Assembly (NCBI GenBank): GCA_047495785.1
Contig: JBLDXI010000020.1
Coordinates: 2,108,001-2,172,000, forward strand
Source of the DNA: Lepidodermella squamata
Taxonomy: Eukaryota; Animalia; Gastrotricha
Reading direction: 5' to 3'
Length of the DNA: 64,000 bases
Each line of letters begins with the position of its first letter. Within the stretch, counting starts at the first letter, position 1. The notes beneath the pieces are model-generated. The model worked only from the letters and a program-made list of their open reading frames with translations. It made no database searches and was not told the DNA's origin. Below, one piece after another: positions 1 to 13,600 of this stretch. The position numbers and the translations under genes are program-made.

Positions 1-2344
1 TGATGATGTCTAGTCGCTTTCTGTTGGGCCTAATAAAAAGTCTGTTTTCGAACTAATCTTGTATGATCGATTTTTTGTAGAGAGAAAAAACGAAAAACAG
101 GGACAATTATGCTGATTTTAGCAGATGGAAACTGATTGAACCGCAATTACTGGACAATTTGGGGCCGCTGAAAGATGAAAAACGATAACCGATGAATAAT
201 TTATTATCAACTGCTATTTGAGTGTTACAATTTTTTTTTGAACTGATGAGTGCCGCCTTCATCATTCATATTTTTTTCAGCCTCTCTTCAAGATAAAATC
301 ACGAAATCCACGCATTATATCAACTTTTTAGACAATTTCGTCATCATCATTTGCGATGATTGTTTATACTAAAGCACAAAGACTTTTAATTCGCAAATGT
401 AGATGCTTTATTAGCGATAATTCAATCACAGCACGCTTGCACTGGGCCATCATAACGACAAGTTGACCCGCGCTTAAATTTTGTCAAAGTTCACGCGTCG
501 CGCACTAATTTCCCAATAGTCAATCATGATGATGGTTGGCTGAAGAGAATAATTGTATATAAAAGTCCCAGATTGCCTTCAGATTCTGCGTATATACCAG
601 AATAATACATTGTATAGCGCCGTTTTTTTTTTTATCAACTGGGGCTAAATGACCAGCGCTAATAATAGTAATAATAATATTCAATTTCTTCATCTTGACT
701 GCTAGTCGATATTGTTGTACTCTAATACTATAGGGCTATTTTGATAAATACAATAAAAATAAGTATACCGATGATACTGATAAGTCGGCGAACTTCCGCT
801 GAACGATGAATGAATTGTTGAAATCGAATTTTGAAAATGTACCCACGCGCTTTTTTATCATCATCATCGCCATCAGCTATACTTATGCAATTTGTTGTTC
901 TGTTTTGTATTTTAACGTTAATAGGGCGCTAACATCCATAATAGTATAGTCAATCTAACGATCGTAATATGACGGGCTGTATTTTTTATATCTGTGTATA
1001 ATATTTTATTCTGCAAAATTTATAAAAATTATTAGAATGCCGCTGATATCATTTTTATTTGCTGCGCACTAAAATTTGCGAAAATAATCGCAAAAATTGG
1101 TAACTAGAGCAGATCAATGACATCTGCAGTTAATTCGTCATTAAGGTGGCTATTCAAGTGGCGTTCCCTCTAGTCCTGAGGGAAGAACCTGGTCATTTCC
1201 GCGTAACATCAATGATGCGTATTTCGTATATGATGATTCATGTAAGTTTTTATGATATATAAATCGAAGCGATTAGGCTACTATCCTTGTTATAGTCTTA
1301 CCTCGTGTTCATTACCTAGGGGATCGCTATAAATAAAATATTATCAATATTATATTTTCTTTCTATATTTTCTATATTTTCTGCTATTATATTTTCTTTT
1401 TTAGAAATCGAAAGATTTCCCCAAAGATCTGAGTAAATTATCTTCCTTAATCTCGATTTTCCACCGTAAAACGGCTCATTTTTGCATGAATGAACTTGCC
1501 ACCTGTTATTGTATGATGAGTCATCAGGAAAGAATATTCGCGAATTTCACGCATCCCTTATTATTGTCTCCTGTAAGACATTAATAAAAAATATCTTACT
1601 CTCTATAATATTCGAAACACTTGTATTTTCAGTGCAAGCGGTAAAAAAAACGTTACATTTTGATGTGATTACCTCTTGAATTGTGATTACTCATCCTCTT
1701 ATTCTTTTGTCCATCATTTTTAGTTATTTTTAGGCGGCCAAGCGAGGCGATGTCTAGCATCTGTAGTTACAGTGCCAAAAAATCTACGCCCATTGTGCCC
1801 CTTGCCTCAAGTGGCTCTCGTCAGTTTTTACTGCGGAATAATTCTGCGAAATATTTTCGCCGTGACCTCCACACAAACAATAACCGGAAAAGTTGTCATT
1901 TTAGAACATCAGACTCATTCGATGCAGTTGAATTGACATGTATAGACGGCGGGGTTTCGCCGTGGTGCCACCATCACATGGGCTTATTGACCCTGAAGCA
2001 AATCTACCCTTCCTGGCCTGTGTAATTATATTATTAAGGCGCATGTTTTCTTCTGGAGTTATTAACTAAAAAAAGCGGTACATATGCGTAATTATTACTA
2101 TTATTATTGCTATCGCACAAAAAAGCCATACCGGGTACAGCAGGGTGACTGACTACTAATGTTATTGTGACTCGCTGCGCAGACGCGCAAACAAACAAGA
2201 CCCATTACAACGGATTCGCCTAAAAAAATTATATCATACCACCTTGTTTATCATCCTCTTGCAGATGATAAATCACTCAACTCAGCAATCATCAGTTTTA
2301 AATTTATTATTCGCAAATATTTTTTGTTTTCATTTTATTTAGAA

Positions 2345-3755
2345 ATGAGAATAGAAATTTGCAGTTCGGTGACTTGTGTTATCACCTTATTATCGTTTCT
2401 GCTTGCTGCCCCTGGGGTGGCTGGCGCTCCCAAGAAATGTCCCGTCTTTGATTGCCTTCCCTATTTATTATCCACCGATTTGAGCCAGATCAGCGAACTC
2501 TTCAATTACGAATCACTGATAGGCATTTCTCGCAAGGATGACACGTAAGCTCAAACTTTCATTTTTACTATTTTTTGAACAGAAAATATTAAAATCCCCC
2601 TTAAAAGGGCGAAATTTCCATTTTTTCAACTTTCTCTTAATAAATTGGAGCAATAATTCAACTTTTTATCTTTTTCAGTGGCATTGAGAAACGCGAGCAA
2701 GCCGTGCAAGACGTCTGTACATCATACATGCGGTTCGACGACTGTTTTGGTGGCAACGTAAATTTTAATTTTTCTGTGATGTTTCGCAAGTGAACGGCAT
2801 TTTTGTTTTGCCGTAGTGGTGGGAATGTTTCGATATTGCCGAGTTGCTAAGCGTTGCCAAGGACGCTTTTGCTTACCTGAAGCTGCCCGGTGGAGGCGAT
2901 ATGTCATCCTTAACCGAACGGCAGGTTGTAACCGGTCTGAAAGTCGCGTCTTACGTCTGCCATAATTGGGACAAAGCGCTCAATAACTCGCACTGCATTC
3001 GATCTTCAATCGTTCGCAACAACACAATTTACCAGTTTTTCGTAAAAGCCGGTTGGGACATGGGCGCCGCACCGCAGACAATCACGTGTGATCGCTTCAA
3101 AAACCTATTCCACATTTTCGTCTACACCCTGGCGCATAGCTGCTCGAATGACCTGGCCAATGCGACGAATCAAGTGCTTATGATGAGCATGCAAGCGATC
3201 CCGCAGTACAATTTGAGTGATTGCGCGTTTTACTCGTTCGATGAGATAATGTCGCAAACGCCGAATTTGACTGCCTTGATGAATTTCAAGCTCCTGTGGA
3301 ATGAAACTGATGAAGACGCTGCTCATAATGCGAGTCGAAAAGCTAAGGCTACAACCACAACGACGACTACAACAACCATGTTAACCCCGATAAGTTACAA
3401 CAATTCTAGCTCAGGATCTGAAGTAGAAGGTGAACCAGTAACGACAACCCCAGGCTCTAAACAATCGTCATCGACAACAGGTCAGAATGTAGTGGAATCT
3501 AGCTCTACCACTTCAAGATCAGTATCAACAACAACAACGACCCTGCCGTCGAGCTCAACAACTACCAGCTCAGTGAGACAGAGTGTTACAGTCACCCTGG
3601 TACCGGCTAATAGCGGCTCTGGAGACGCGAAAACTACCACCACAAATTCGCCTCAGGCAGTTCGCCATAAGCCGACAAACACGGCTGCTACAACATCGCT
3701 TTTTTCGCCGGTAATTTCCACCTTAATTCTTCTGTTATCGGCTTTCGCTGTGTAA
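2345..3755 (+). CDS. Secreted/GPI-anchored surface protein: signal peptide, Cys-rich domain, Ser/Thr-rich stalk, hydrophobic C-terminal tail; 3 exons (2345-2544, 2679-2757, 2817-3755)
   Basis: ATG at 2345 begins a hydrophobic leader (MRIEICSSVTCVITLLSFLLAAPGVAG). GT..AG introns 2545-2678 and 2758-2816 join in frame to ORF 2844-3755. Poly-Thr/Ser stalk; ends PVISTLILLLSAFAV-stop, typical of a GPI signal. Confidence 0.85.
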
Positions 3756-4671
3756 AAATCGTTATTTCAACAAAAAATTGCGAATGAGGCTGCTGATCTG
3801 TCTCTCTATACCCTCTCTACCCTATTATACGCAAAAAATACTTGAAGAGGTTGTAATTTTGTGAAGGCAAAATATGAATTTTCGTCTTTCCTCAAATCTG
3901 AGAAAAAATTCGACTTGAATATATAGATGCATTTTAATCATTGTTTGAATTTGCTGTGCTTGTTACCAATTAATTTGTACTTGAATAATTGAGCTATTTT
4001 TGTGGTCAGGATACAAAAAATAAAAGATTTTTTTGCATAAAACTCCGGTCTTTATTTTTTCATCTCAAATTTTTGAAAATCCATTTTTTCAGAATATTTC
4101 ATCTCATATCGTAGTAGCAATAAAGTTACTAATAACAATTATTATTTTAATATAGCGGTTTTTACATTGTAATCATACAGCCCAGCGGATAAAAGATGAG
4201 AGAACAAAATCAATTGATTAGGCGACGAGGGTAAAAATGATTAAGGTAGCTAAAAGGAGCAAACATGGTCGGTTTCAAAATTAGGTAGTAGTATAATTGG
4301 CACACAGCAACAAAACACTTGGATAGAAGTGATTAGAACCACGAGTTTTCGAGATGATAATAACAGCAGAGTTTTGAAAGTCAAACACCAAAGCCGATTG
4401 ATTTGGTTGTTTTTTGTTTGGTCGAAAATACTCGGTATATAGAATATAATAGCAACAATACCATATAGCGCAAGCAGTTTCTCCCCGCGAAATACGACAC
4501 ATTTTTTATTATACAACATCATCAGGCAACCGCAAAAATTCTGAGCTAAAAAATTGCATGGAAGAGAAGAGAAAGGACTCGCCGAAAAAAAATCAGGGCT
4601 TAAAATCAGTATAATAACAAGATGAAAGATAGTAGGTTGTTATTTTTTTAGCAATAGCTCTGGTCAATTGT

Positions 4672-7600
4672 TCAGAATGCAACAATGTTGCCTTGGTCGG
4701 TTTGAAGGTTGGACGACGTATCGGCCGCCGTATTTTGGCTTGTGTTGTTCTGGTTGTTATTTGTGTTGGTGACGCCTGAAGAGCTCGACACGGACCCGCC
4801 TGCGAAGCTCGAGCTGTCATTGTTATTATTCGCGTTCGACGACGAATCTTGGGCGCCAGATACTGGAGGGGTGCTTCTCTTCGACGACGTCCCGGATGAA
4901 CCGCCGACGAGGGAAGATAAAATCTAAATAATAAGAAAAAATATTAAATTTAATAAATCAATTAATGAGAAATTGATATATAAGAAATATTTAAATATGG
5001 AAAATATTTATTCGAAAAAATATTCGAAAAAAAACAAATTCCCTGAATTCGGTTAATTCCCAAAAAAATCTGGTTATTTTTTCCTTTTTTTGAGCACTCG
5101 TTTGCGATAAAAATATTCTTTTTATACGAATCTACGAATTCGTCACCTCACGTGGCATGGTCAGCCAGATTTTGAGCCTCTCCTCTTAATCAAGCCTGAA
5201 TCTCTCTGCCATCGTAAGATTACGGGGCTTAGGTCACGCAGTCGGTTCTGATATGAGGCTTTGCTCGTCGATTCTCCTCGAATAATAACGGTTTGGAGTC
5301 ATACAATAACCATGTGAAAACCAGCCAAACCTTCCGATCACTGAAGAGTTCTATCTATTCATCCAGAAGGACATGATGAACGATTCATCGCATCAACAGA
5401 ATGATCCCAATCACTATCTCTACAAAGAATGGTCGCATGATCCTGCTCTGACCCCGACAATCTGGGGAGAAGCTCGCGAACGGGAGATCAAGAATGATAC
5501 CGCCTGGCCTTTCGTCGGCAAGGAAGGTTATACAGATTATGTCTCTGTAAACCAGCTCTACCTCGGCCTTAAACGATGCTATGTTTTTCTCTTACTAATC
5601 GATATTTAGTGGAATGGATTGTTAATACGATTTTTGAATTCCTTTAAAAAATAGCGACAGTTCATGGCGATCGACGGCCCTGGAGCGGGATCTCCCTAAT
5701 TCGTGGCTCCTGGGCAAATGGAAATGTGCGGTAATAGCTATGGAAATCCACATTGTTCACGGACATCTTGGTAGGGACACAGTCATCAATTTGATAAATC
5801 AGGAATTCTTCAAGTTCCCGGATGCCCTGGTCTACGAATATCTACAAGTGAATATCTGTCAAAAACCAGGAAGTGCTTCGTCAAATTCTGACAATGATTC
5901 CATTTGATACTAGTGATTTTTTGACATTTTTCCTGCGATTTTTCCTGCTATCAGGCTAGGTTTCACTGCAGCCTGGATGAGCAGTAATTTTGTGAACGTG
6001 TTGCCGCTGTGATCAAAGCCAGTAGTCACTCTGCCCGATCAGCTTTCTCAGTTTCAGACTCAAATGTCACAATATGAAGTCTCCATATCGGTAGGGAGAA
6101 ACTTTAATAGTAGATTTACTTCATCAAAAGTCCTGGATTCCTGAACTCTATTAAGAAAATCTTTTCCTCCCTCTCCCTCCAACCTACAAAATTCTTCAAT
6201 ATAACAAGTACCGATGCTTAGTGAGAAAGGCTTCTCCTCATACCTCATACCTCATAATACACTAATACTGTTTTGCAGAATCTGACGAGTTTTATCTGAC
6301 GAGTTAACCCCCAACCCCCCTTATAGCGATTAACTTCATTTCTCTCGTAAATTTGTTTGACTTCTTTGACCCAGCCCCCTTTCCGATTCATAACATCGTG
6401 AAAATTAAAAAATTGTGCATTAGATTTTAAATCTTGTTGAGGCTCAATAGATTGGAAATTTGTCATTAAAATCCCTTTCACTTCTCAAATTTTAATTTCA
6501 AATTCAATGTCTTCCTATATCTGCGACATAGAGCTTGTCCCATACCCAAGTAACGCAAGCATAGAAAATCCAAGGAAAAGGGTTTAGAAACTCTAAAATG
6601 AGAGACGAAGTCACATCTCATGGCCAAAAAAAATTTAGAAAAATTAATAAAATCACGAGAATAGTAACCAAGTATGTATGTCACTTGTTACTGGGATTAA
6701 ATAAAAGTCCGGAGAAATGTACTCCAACCGGGTAAAAAACCGAAGATTACCGAACCAGTTGCCATCGGGGTTTTCTGGGTTTTCTCCGGTAAATGTTGTA
6801 GATCTTCGGTTAAATCGCGGATAAAAGATGGAATACTCTCTCGATAATTTAATAAAAATTAGTTGAATTTCCTAAAAAAAGTTGCCAACAAAATATTTGC
6901 GCAACTTCTGGGACACGCTGTACATATGTGAGACTTATAAATTCTTAGAAAAAATTAGGTAACTCGAATTTGTGAAAAAACTTGCCTTGCCGTCGACAGA
7001 AGGTGAGCTTAACAGGGTAGCATTGAGAGATGAAGTTGACGAAGTAGCATACACATCGATTGTCAGCGGCGACGGACTCGATTTACTCGACGACGAAGAA
7101 CCGCCGAACAGCGACGGCTTATTCGACGACTTCTTCACCTTCAACTTCGTAGTCGGCAGCAGCACCTCGGAGTTGCCTGTCGCCGACTTGGCCTCAGCCG
7201 CCGCTTGCCCGACCAACTGGTCGAATTTCTGCGCCAAATGGCGCCGTAGCAGCGATCGATTTGTCGGAATTTGAAGAATAGCGGCTAGAGACTCGGCGGT
7301 GAACGTTGACTCGAGTAGCAGCAACGCGCCGTGCAGGCCCGAGCCGCGAACATTCGCCGCGTATTCGGCGAGATCGACCGATCGCAGCCAGTCCATAACG
7401 CGGTGGCACGTCCAGAAAAGAACGCGAGATGGCGGCTCTTCGACGCGATGTTCGTCATTTTCTGCCGCGGTTGAACTACTCGCGCCGCCGTTACTACTAG
7501 CCGTGTAATTTCCGATACGATCGCTGCCGTCGGACAACGGCGGCCGGCGGATGAAGCGGTTCAGGTCGAAATTGGCGGCTCTCAGCGCGGTGATGCCCCA

Positions 7601-10600
7601 TCGTATTGATAGGGCGTGCAGGCGGCTGGTGATCTTGAGTTGCGGCAAATCTTCGAGGGCGAGCACGTTCAGAACAGCACCGTCGATTTGACACTCGACG
7701 AAAACGTCCTTCAACTGCGGCAGGCCAATGTCATCGAGCCACCTTAAAAATAAAAAATCAACATTTATACGCTTGATTTTCGGAAAAATATAGATTTTTC
7801 ATAATTCGAAAATGATATGAATATGAAATTTGAAGTCCACGAGAACGTAGCCTTTTAATCTTTCAATCAAAATTTTATTGAGTTTCGAAAAATTCAAAAT
7901 TTGAAAATTGAAACTGAAAATAAATTAGCGCCCCATCGACGCCGAACAGTCTCCTCAAATGTCTTCGAAACGGCGAAAAGTTGGAAAGAAAGCTAAGTGG
8001 GCCAAGAACCGCGCAAGTCTTCTTTCGATCAAGGTCATGTGTACCTTTTCTTTTCTATATCTAGGCTTTTTTATTCAAACATCTCTCAATATTTGCTTCC
8101 TTAGATCAGTGGAGGCGTCGAGCACTCCCTCAAGACGCTCGAACAAGTGGAAACGGTCATAAAGAAGCTCTACGTAGGCATGCATCCAGACGATACGACG
8201 ATCGAGGAATTCGAACCCAAATGCTCAGTCGCAAACGCTATCAAATACGTCAAACGCGGAAAGACAGTTCTTGAGTCGCTGTTGTCGGTGAAGCTTCATC
8301 AGGCCTTCAGCGTCGGCCAAGCGATTGACGTGTCGAAGCAGCTGAAGACTGCATTCGTGAAAAGGATCAGCCTCCAGGGGCAACAAGACGTGGCGTAAGA
8401 CGATGCTCTTAATTTATCAAAAGTTTCAAGAATTCCACAAAGTTTTGACAATTTCTTTTCCAATTAGCAAATTTTACACGCTGAAATCCCAGCTCGTAGA
8501 AGTCATGGAGTTGAACCCGGACTTCTAGGAGTCCCTCTATGCGCCACGCGCTCCTACCAGTTTTTCAAGCTATCCGGGCCCTCTGACCCACTCGTCAGCC
8601 ACAATCGCAAATTTTTAGGTTTAAAATTTGACTGATTCGATTCAACAGGCTATCAATGTTGTACGGCATGGGCTCCGCAATGAGACATGCGAACACATTA
8701 TCCGTGTCTCGAAGGCGTGGTTTGACTTGAAGAAACACTACGACAGTGCGAACAACGATCAACGAGTCGAACTGGATGAAACTTGGCGAAACGCCTGGAA
8801 CGACTTCAAAGCGAGTTCTTCAATCTATCAGTGATTGAAACGCTAAAGCCTTGCTACAGGACAAAAGCGACCTGACTGGTGAGCGGCAATTCACGTGGGC
8901 TAATTTTCCTTGCGTCTCGAGGCCTGATGACAACGGTAAGTCCCTTGACGACCGCAAAATCTTCAACGTTCAAAATCTTCAAGGGGAAGACATCGACAAC
9001 GAACGTTCTTTCTCCGCGGACCCATCAACTCGCTTGTGGAAGCTCTTCTACTTACTGGATGAGCAGCTATACCTGAAACTATAGGCAGCGTACTAGGGCC
9101 ACTTCTTTTCACATGTATATCAATGAGATGCCAACAATGACTTTACATTCCAAATTCGTCCAATTTGCGGACGACACAACAGTGATCTCAGTTGAGAGTG
9201 ATACTCAGGTAGAGATATCACCAAATTCAAAGACGACTTGGACCGACTCAGTGATTGGCTCGCATGTAACAGCCTCGTGGTCAATGGAAAAAAGTCACAA
9301 ATGATAGTCCTTCCAACGGGCTACAACACACTACAACACACAACGCCTAAATTTGATATCCAAATTGAAGGCGGTTCAATAAAAAAACTTCATCTCTAAA
9401 AATCTTGGGCTTCACCCTTGACAACAAAATGAGCTTGAAAGTAGTTAAGAACAAGTAATGAAGTAGCTTGTTTGGCCAAATTCGGCGATGTCGTAGCAGC
9501 CGTGTTTGTCGGCTTATGGCGAACTGCCTGAGGCGAATTTGTTGTAGTAGCAGTTTTCGCGTCTCCAGAGCCGCTATTCGCCGGTACCAGGGTGACTGTA
9601 ACACTCTGTCTCACTGAGCTGGTAGTTGTTGAGCTCGACGGCAGGGTCGCTGTTGTTGCTGTTTCCGATCTTGAAGTGGTAGAGCTAGATTCTACTACAC
9701 TCTGACTTGTTGTTGTTGTTCAAAAACCAATTTTCGTTTGTATGAAAAAGCAGTGTATTGATTATTTACTTCGATCATTTTATATTGATTGCTCGGTGCT
9801 GTGATTTTTCCACGATTAATTTCCATTAAAATGTACCTTTTTGCCAGCCTTAAGGTGTTCGTTATAAAAGATGTGAATAACACGCTACAAGCTACCGCCG
9901 TGCCACCTGGAACCGTTCGTTATAGCTATAAACGGAGTTGGTAACATGTAAAAGTGCACGATTCGGTTCGCCTCAGCCAAATTTCTCGACTGGTAAACGC
10001 TCAAGCTAATGGCGAATGATTGGCTAATGGCCTGCCATTTAATGTATTGTGACTTCTCTCACATGGGTTACAAACCTATGTGATTTCAACGAATTATGTG
10101 GAAGAATGAAAATATAACTACCACGTGAAAAAATCAAGGGTAAAAAATAACTGAGAATTAAATGAAATTATATTAATTAATTAAATTAATTACATCAATT
10201 GAATTTAATGAATTAAAGTAAAGAAATTTTCAAAATTTAGCAGAGAAATAAGGAAACCTCTTTTCCATCCTTCTTGGATATTTCATAACTGTTGAGAATT
10301 TTTTCAGCCTCGAAAACCCACTTTTTCAAGTCATTACCCCTCTTTACGAAGGACGAATATTAGAGCTAATTTTTACCTTAAGACAAGTGCTGAATGAAGA
10401 CGCGCCGATGGGTGCTCATTTTCGACACTTCCAGCCGCAATCGCTCGAAGTCGACTGATCGCAATCTGAATTTTTTTCACATGAAGGACATTTTTCACGC
10501 CGAGTTCCTTCTCCAAATCGGACGCGCTCAGTTGCAACAACCGATCGCCGTGGTGAATCGACCGCCTCGCCTCGGGTATGTACTGCTGAAGGCCGAGATC

Positions 10601-13600
10601 AGCCAGCCACCGCGCTACATGCTCGCCGTCCCACATTCGGATAGGAATCGAAGCGAGATTTTGCACTTGATTCCCGGTCGGGAAGGTCGGGGCAACGTAC
10701 CGCCTGGGTACGGTACCAGTCGCAGCGACGGTCGCTCGAACGCCACCGCGGACGAAAGAACTGGTCGTCTCATTACTGCCATACACCCCGATTTCTTCGG
10801 CATCTACGGTTTTCGACGATTTTTTCGAGAGACCGAGGAATTTCGACAGGCCTGATGTGAATTTTGAGGTGGCTGATTTCGCGGGTTTAGCGTCTAAACT
10901 GTGGTCTAGACGTTGTTTGTACTCAGACACGGCCTCATCGACCCTACGCTGGTCGTCATTCGGCGAAGGCCGGCCATTCGACGCCGGCTTTTTCGGCCTC
11001 ATCGACGGCAAATTTTCGTCGAAAACAGTATCAGCAACACTGCTAGAGCTGTAGTGAGGGCCTTGCTGCTGTTGCTGCATATTATGGTGGTGTTGATTCG
11101 ACCAATACTGATTGGGGTCTTCATTTCGAGGTACGCGTAGACTGCGAGACACCGGCGCGTTCCGCGCGTGGAATTGCGCCGGGTGATGCGGGTGATGGCT
11201 GACGTCATCGTAAACAACATCGCTCATCTCGCCGTTACTATCATCTTCAGCTGGAAAAAAACAGAAAAAATCAATTAAAAATTCCCGCTTAAAAATTTGC
11301 ATTTTCCATGCAATCCTATTTCGGACATCAGAAAAAGTGCAAATTCGCGAAAGAGCGCCCCATAAATTTCGCAACTCGAAAATATTTTTTCCCAAAATTA
11401 ATCATAAAACGAGCCAAGGATTCGAAATTCATTTTCCCTATCGAAATTGCCCTTTTCGAGCAAATTTAATTTAATGTCAATTTAAAAATATTTTTTGATG
11501 AGATAAAATCGATTTTACCGAAGAAACCCTAGAAAACCCGATAGTAACTGGTTCGGTAATTTTCCCCATTGAACCAAATTTCTTAAAACTGTTGTCATTT
11601 TTTTCAATTTTTTGGTCATGAGATAGGATCCCTTTATCGAATATTTTCTTCCGTTGCGTTAGTTATGGGACACACTGTAAAAATCAATAAAAATTTCTCC
11701 GATATCCGTTGATTTTGGCTAAATAAAAATTTAAAAAAATTCTAATATAAAAAGCTAAATCTAAGCGTTGCATGCCAAAAACCGCGGCGCAAAATGCAAA
11801 TCAAAGGTGCGTATTCTGCGTAATCATGCTTGAATCCTCTGCTGCTATGTCAACAACCTCAGCAACCCTCATCATGCCCACACGCGTGCGGTGTATCATT
11901 TTGAACCTAAATTCGGCTCCGAATTCGTCGGCCAAACTCGCGACCGCTGCCGGTTATTCCTGCCGTCGTGGCTATTATGCCGCCTATGAACCGCGTCCTG
12001 GCTGTAACTAGGCCCTGGCATTCCGATATAGTAGTGCTGCGGTTCCTCGTAATACCGGCCGTTTTTAACCGAGTAATACCCAGCGATATCGGAGGCGACG
12101 CTCGAACTTAACGAACTTCGAGATCGAATAACACGGTGATTTTTGTTCGCCTGTGGCCGGTTTCGGTAGTTTTGAGGCGGTGGGGGTAGCGGTTTTTGAT
12201 TACTCGGCACTACGACTGTCACATCGCTGGGCCGAGTCAACGTGCTGGCTGTATCAGCGTCGTTATCGCTAGGGACTTCAGTGCCAGAGCACGAATCAGA
12301 CCCAGCAGCCTCGTAGCCGTTAATCATATTCCAAACGGCCGGCATTGAAAATGGGCTATTCGGGCACCCTCCGTCCGCTGAATTTCGGTGTTTCATTCTC
12401 TGGCGACGTTGCGGCAAGTCACTTCCGTGATATTGCAGCTGTTTCCCGGCACCTGATCGAGTTTGCAGTTGCTGCTGTTGCTCAGCTGCTGAACGGAAGG
12501 ACGCGGAGACGCGCAAATTTGGTAAGCGGGGCCTATGTCTTATAACCTCCCCGTTGTTACTAGGAGGCGGTTTATGGTTATTACCTTGTTGCGATGACGT
12601 GTTCAGATTATGCTGGTGCATCACCAGTGGCGTTACAACTTGCGGCATCACAACGGCATCTTGCATCGGCGGAATCGGACCCTGGCGCTGAATTAACGAA
12701 GAAAAATCAGAATAAGCAAAAATTTCATTTTAATAACAAAAATTCAATTTTCATAAGAGATCAGACCCGAAATCATTCTTAAGATTCGAAAACGGTTTGA
12801 CGATGGAACTTGAATTTGGAAAAAGTGTTGGACTATTTTTAATAAAATCTAGCGTGAATCTAACTCTGCGCATTCCAATTTTAGAAACTCGAAAACGCTT
12901 CATCGAGTAAAAGCATTTTTCTGTTATGAAATTTTCAATCAGCGGTGAAACGTTCTGGGGAATGCCCTACATTTTGCAATGCAAGGACTTTTAAAATAGG
13001 TAAAAAAATTTCCAATTATTTTTTCATTCGTGTATTTCCTATTTTTCCTAGTTCGAAATTTCGATTATTTCATGATTTTACGAAAAATCTATAGCGTTTC
13101 CATCTTAATGGTTGATGAGGAAAACTTTGATTCGATTTCCTAGTGAAGCAATTTCAACCCAGAACCCAGAATTCTAACCTCAAATCTCAAAATTGAGTCA
13201 ATTGCTAATTTAAAAAACTTTTGTACTAGACCTATAATAACTCAAAGAAGCTCTCATTTTTCGTCCTAAATCTCTGATTCTGATCATTCTAGATTCTCAT
13301 CTAAAAACTGAATGTTCCAACTCCTCGATATTGAATCTGAATCCCAACTTTCAAACAATCGAAATTTCATATTTCAGAATTAAAAAATCGGGAAATCTGA
13401 GAGATTTGCCCAATATACAGCCAATAAAATTTAAGCCTATAAGAAATTCTTCCAAGAAAGTCATATTTCGAATATTTCTATACCAACCATTACTGAAGGA
13501 GGTCTGCTGGTAGTTCCATTAACCCCGCCGTATTGATCGGCACGAGACGATGTTCGAGGGTAGGGATAAGTTGCCGAGGCGTAGCTAGGATCTCCACCCA

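Noticed and set aside
1-2300. ORF 1750-2025 and ATC/TGA-rich tracts
   Set aside because: No coding signature or splice-compatible partner; it looks like ordinary AT-rich intergenic/regulatory DNA.
9396-9614. ORF resembling a second copy of the GPI-protein gene
   Set aside because: Only a stalk fragment with no signal peptide, head or GPI tail, running into LINE sequence. Recorded as a duplicated fragment, not a gene.
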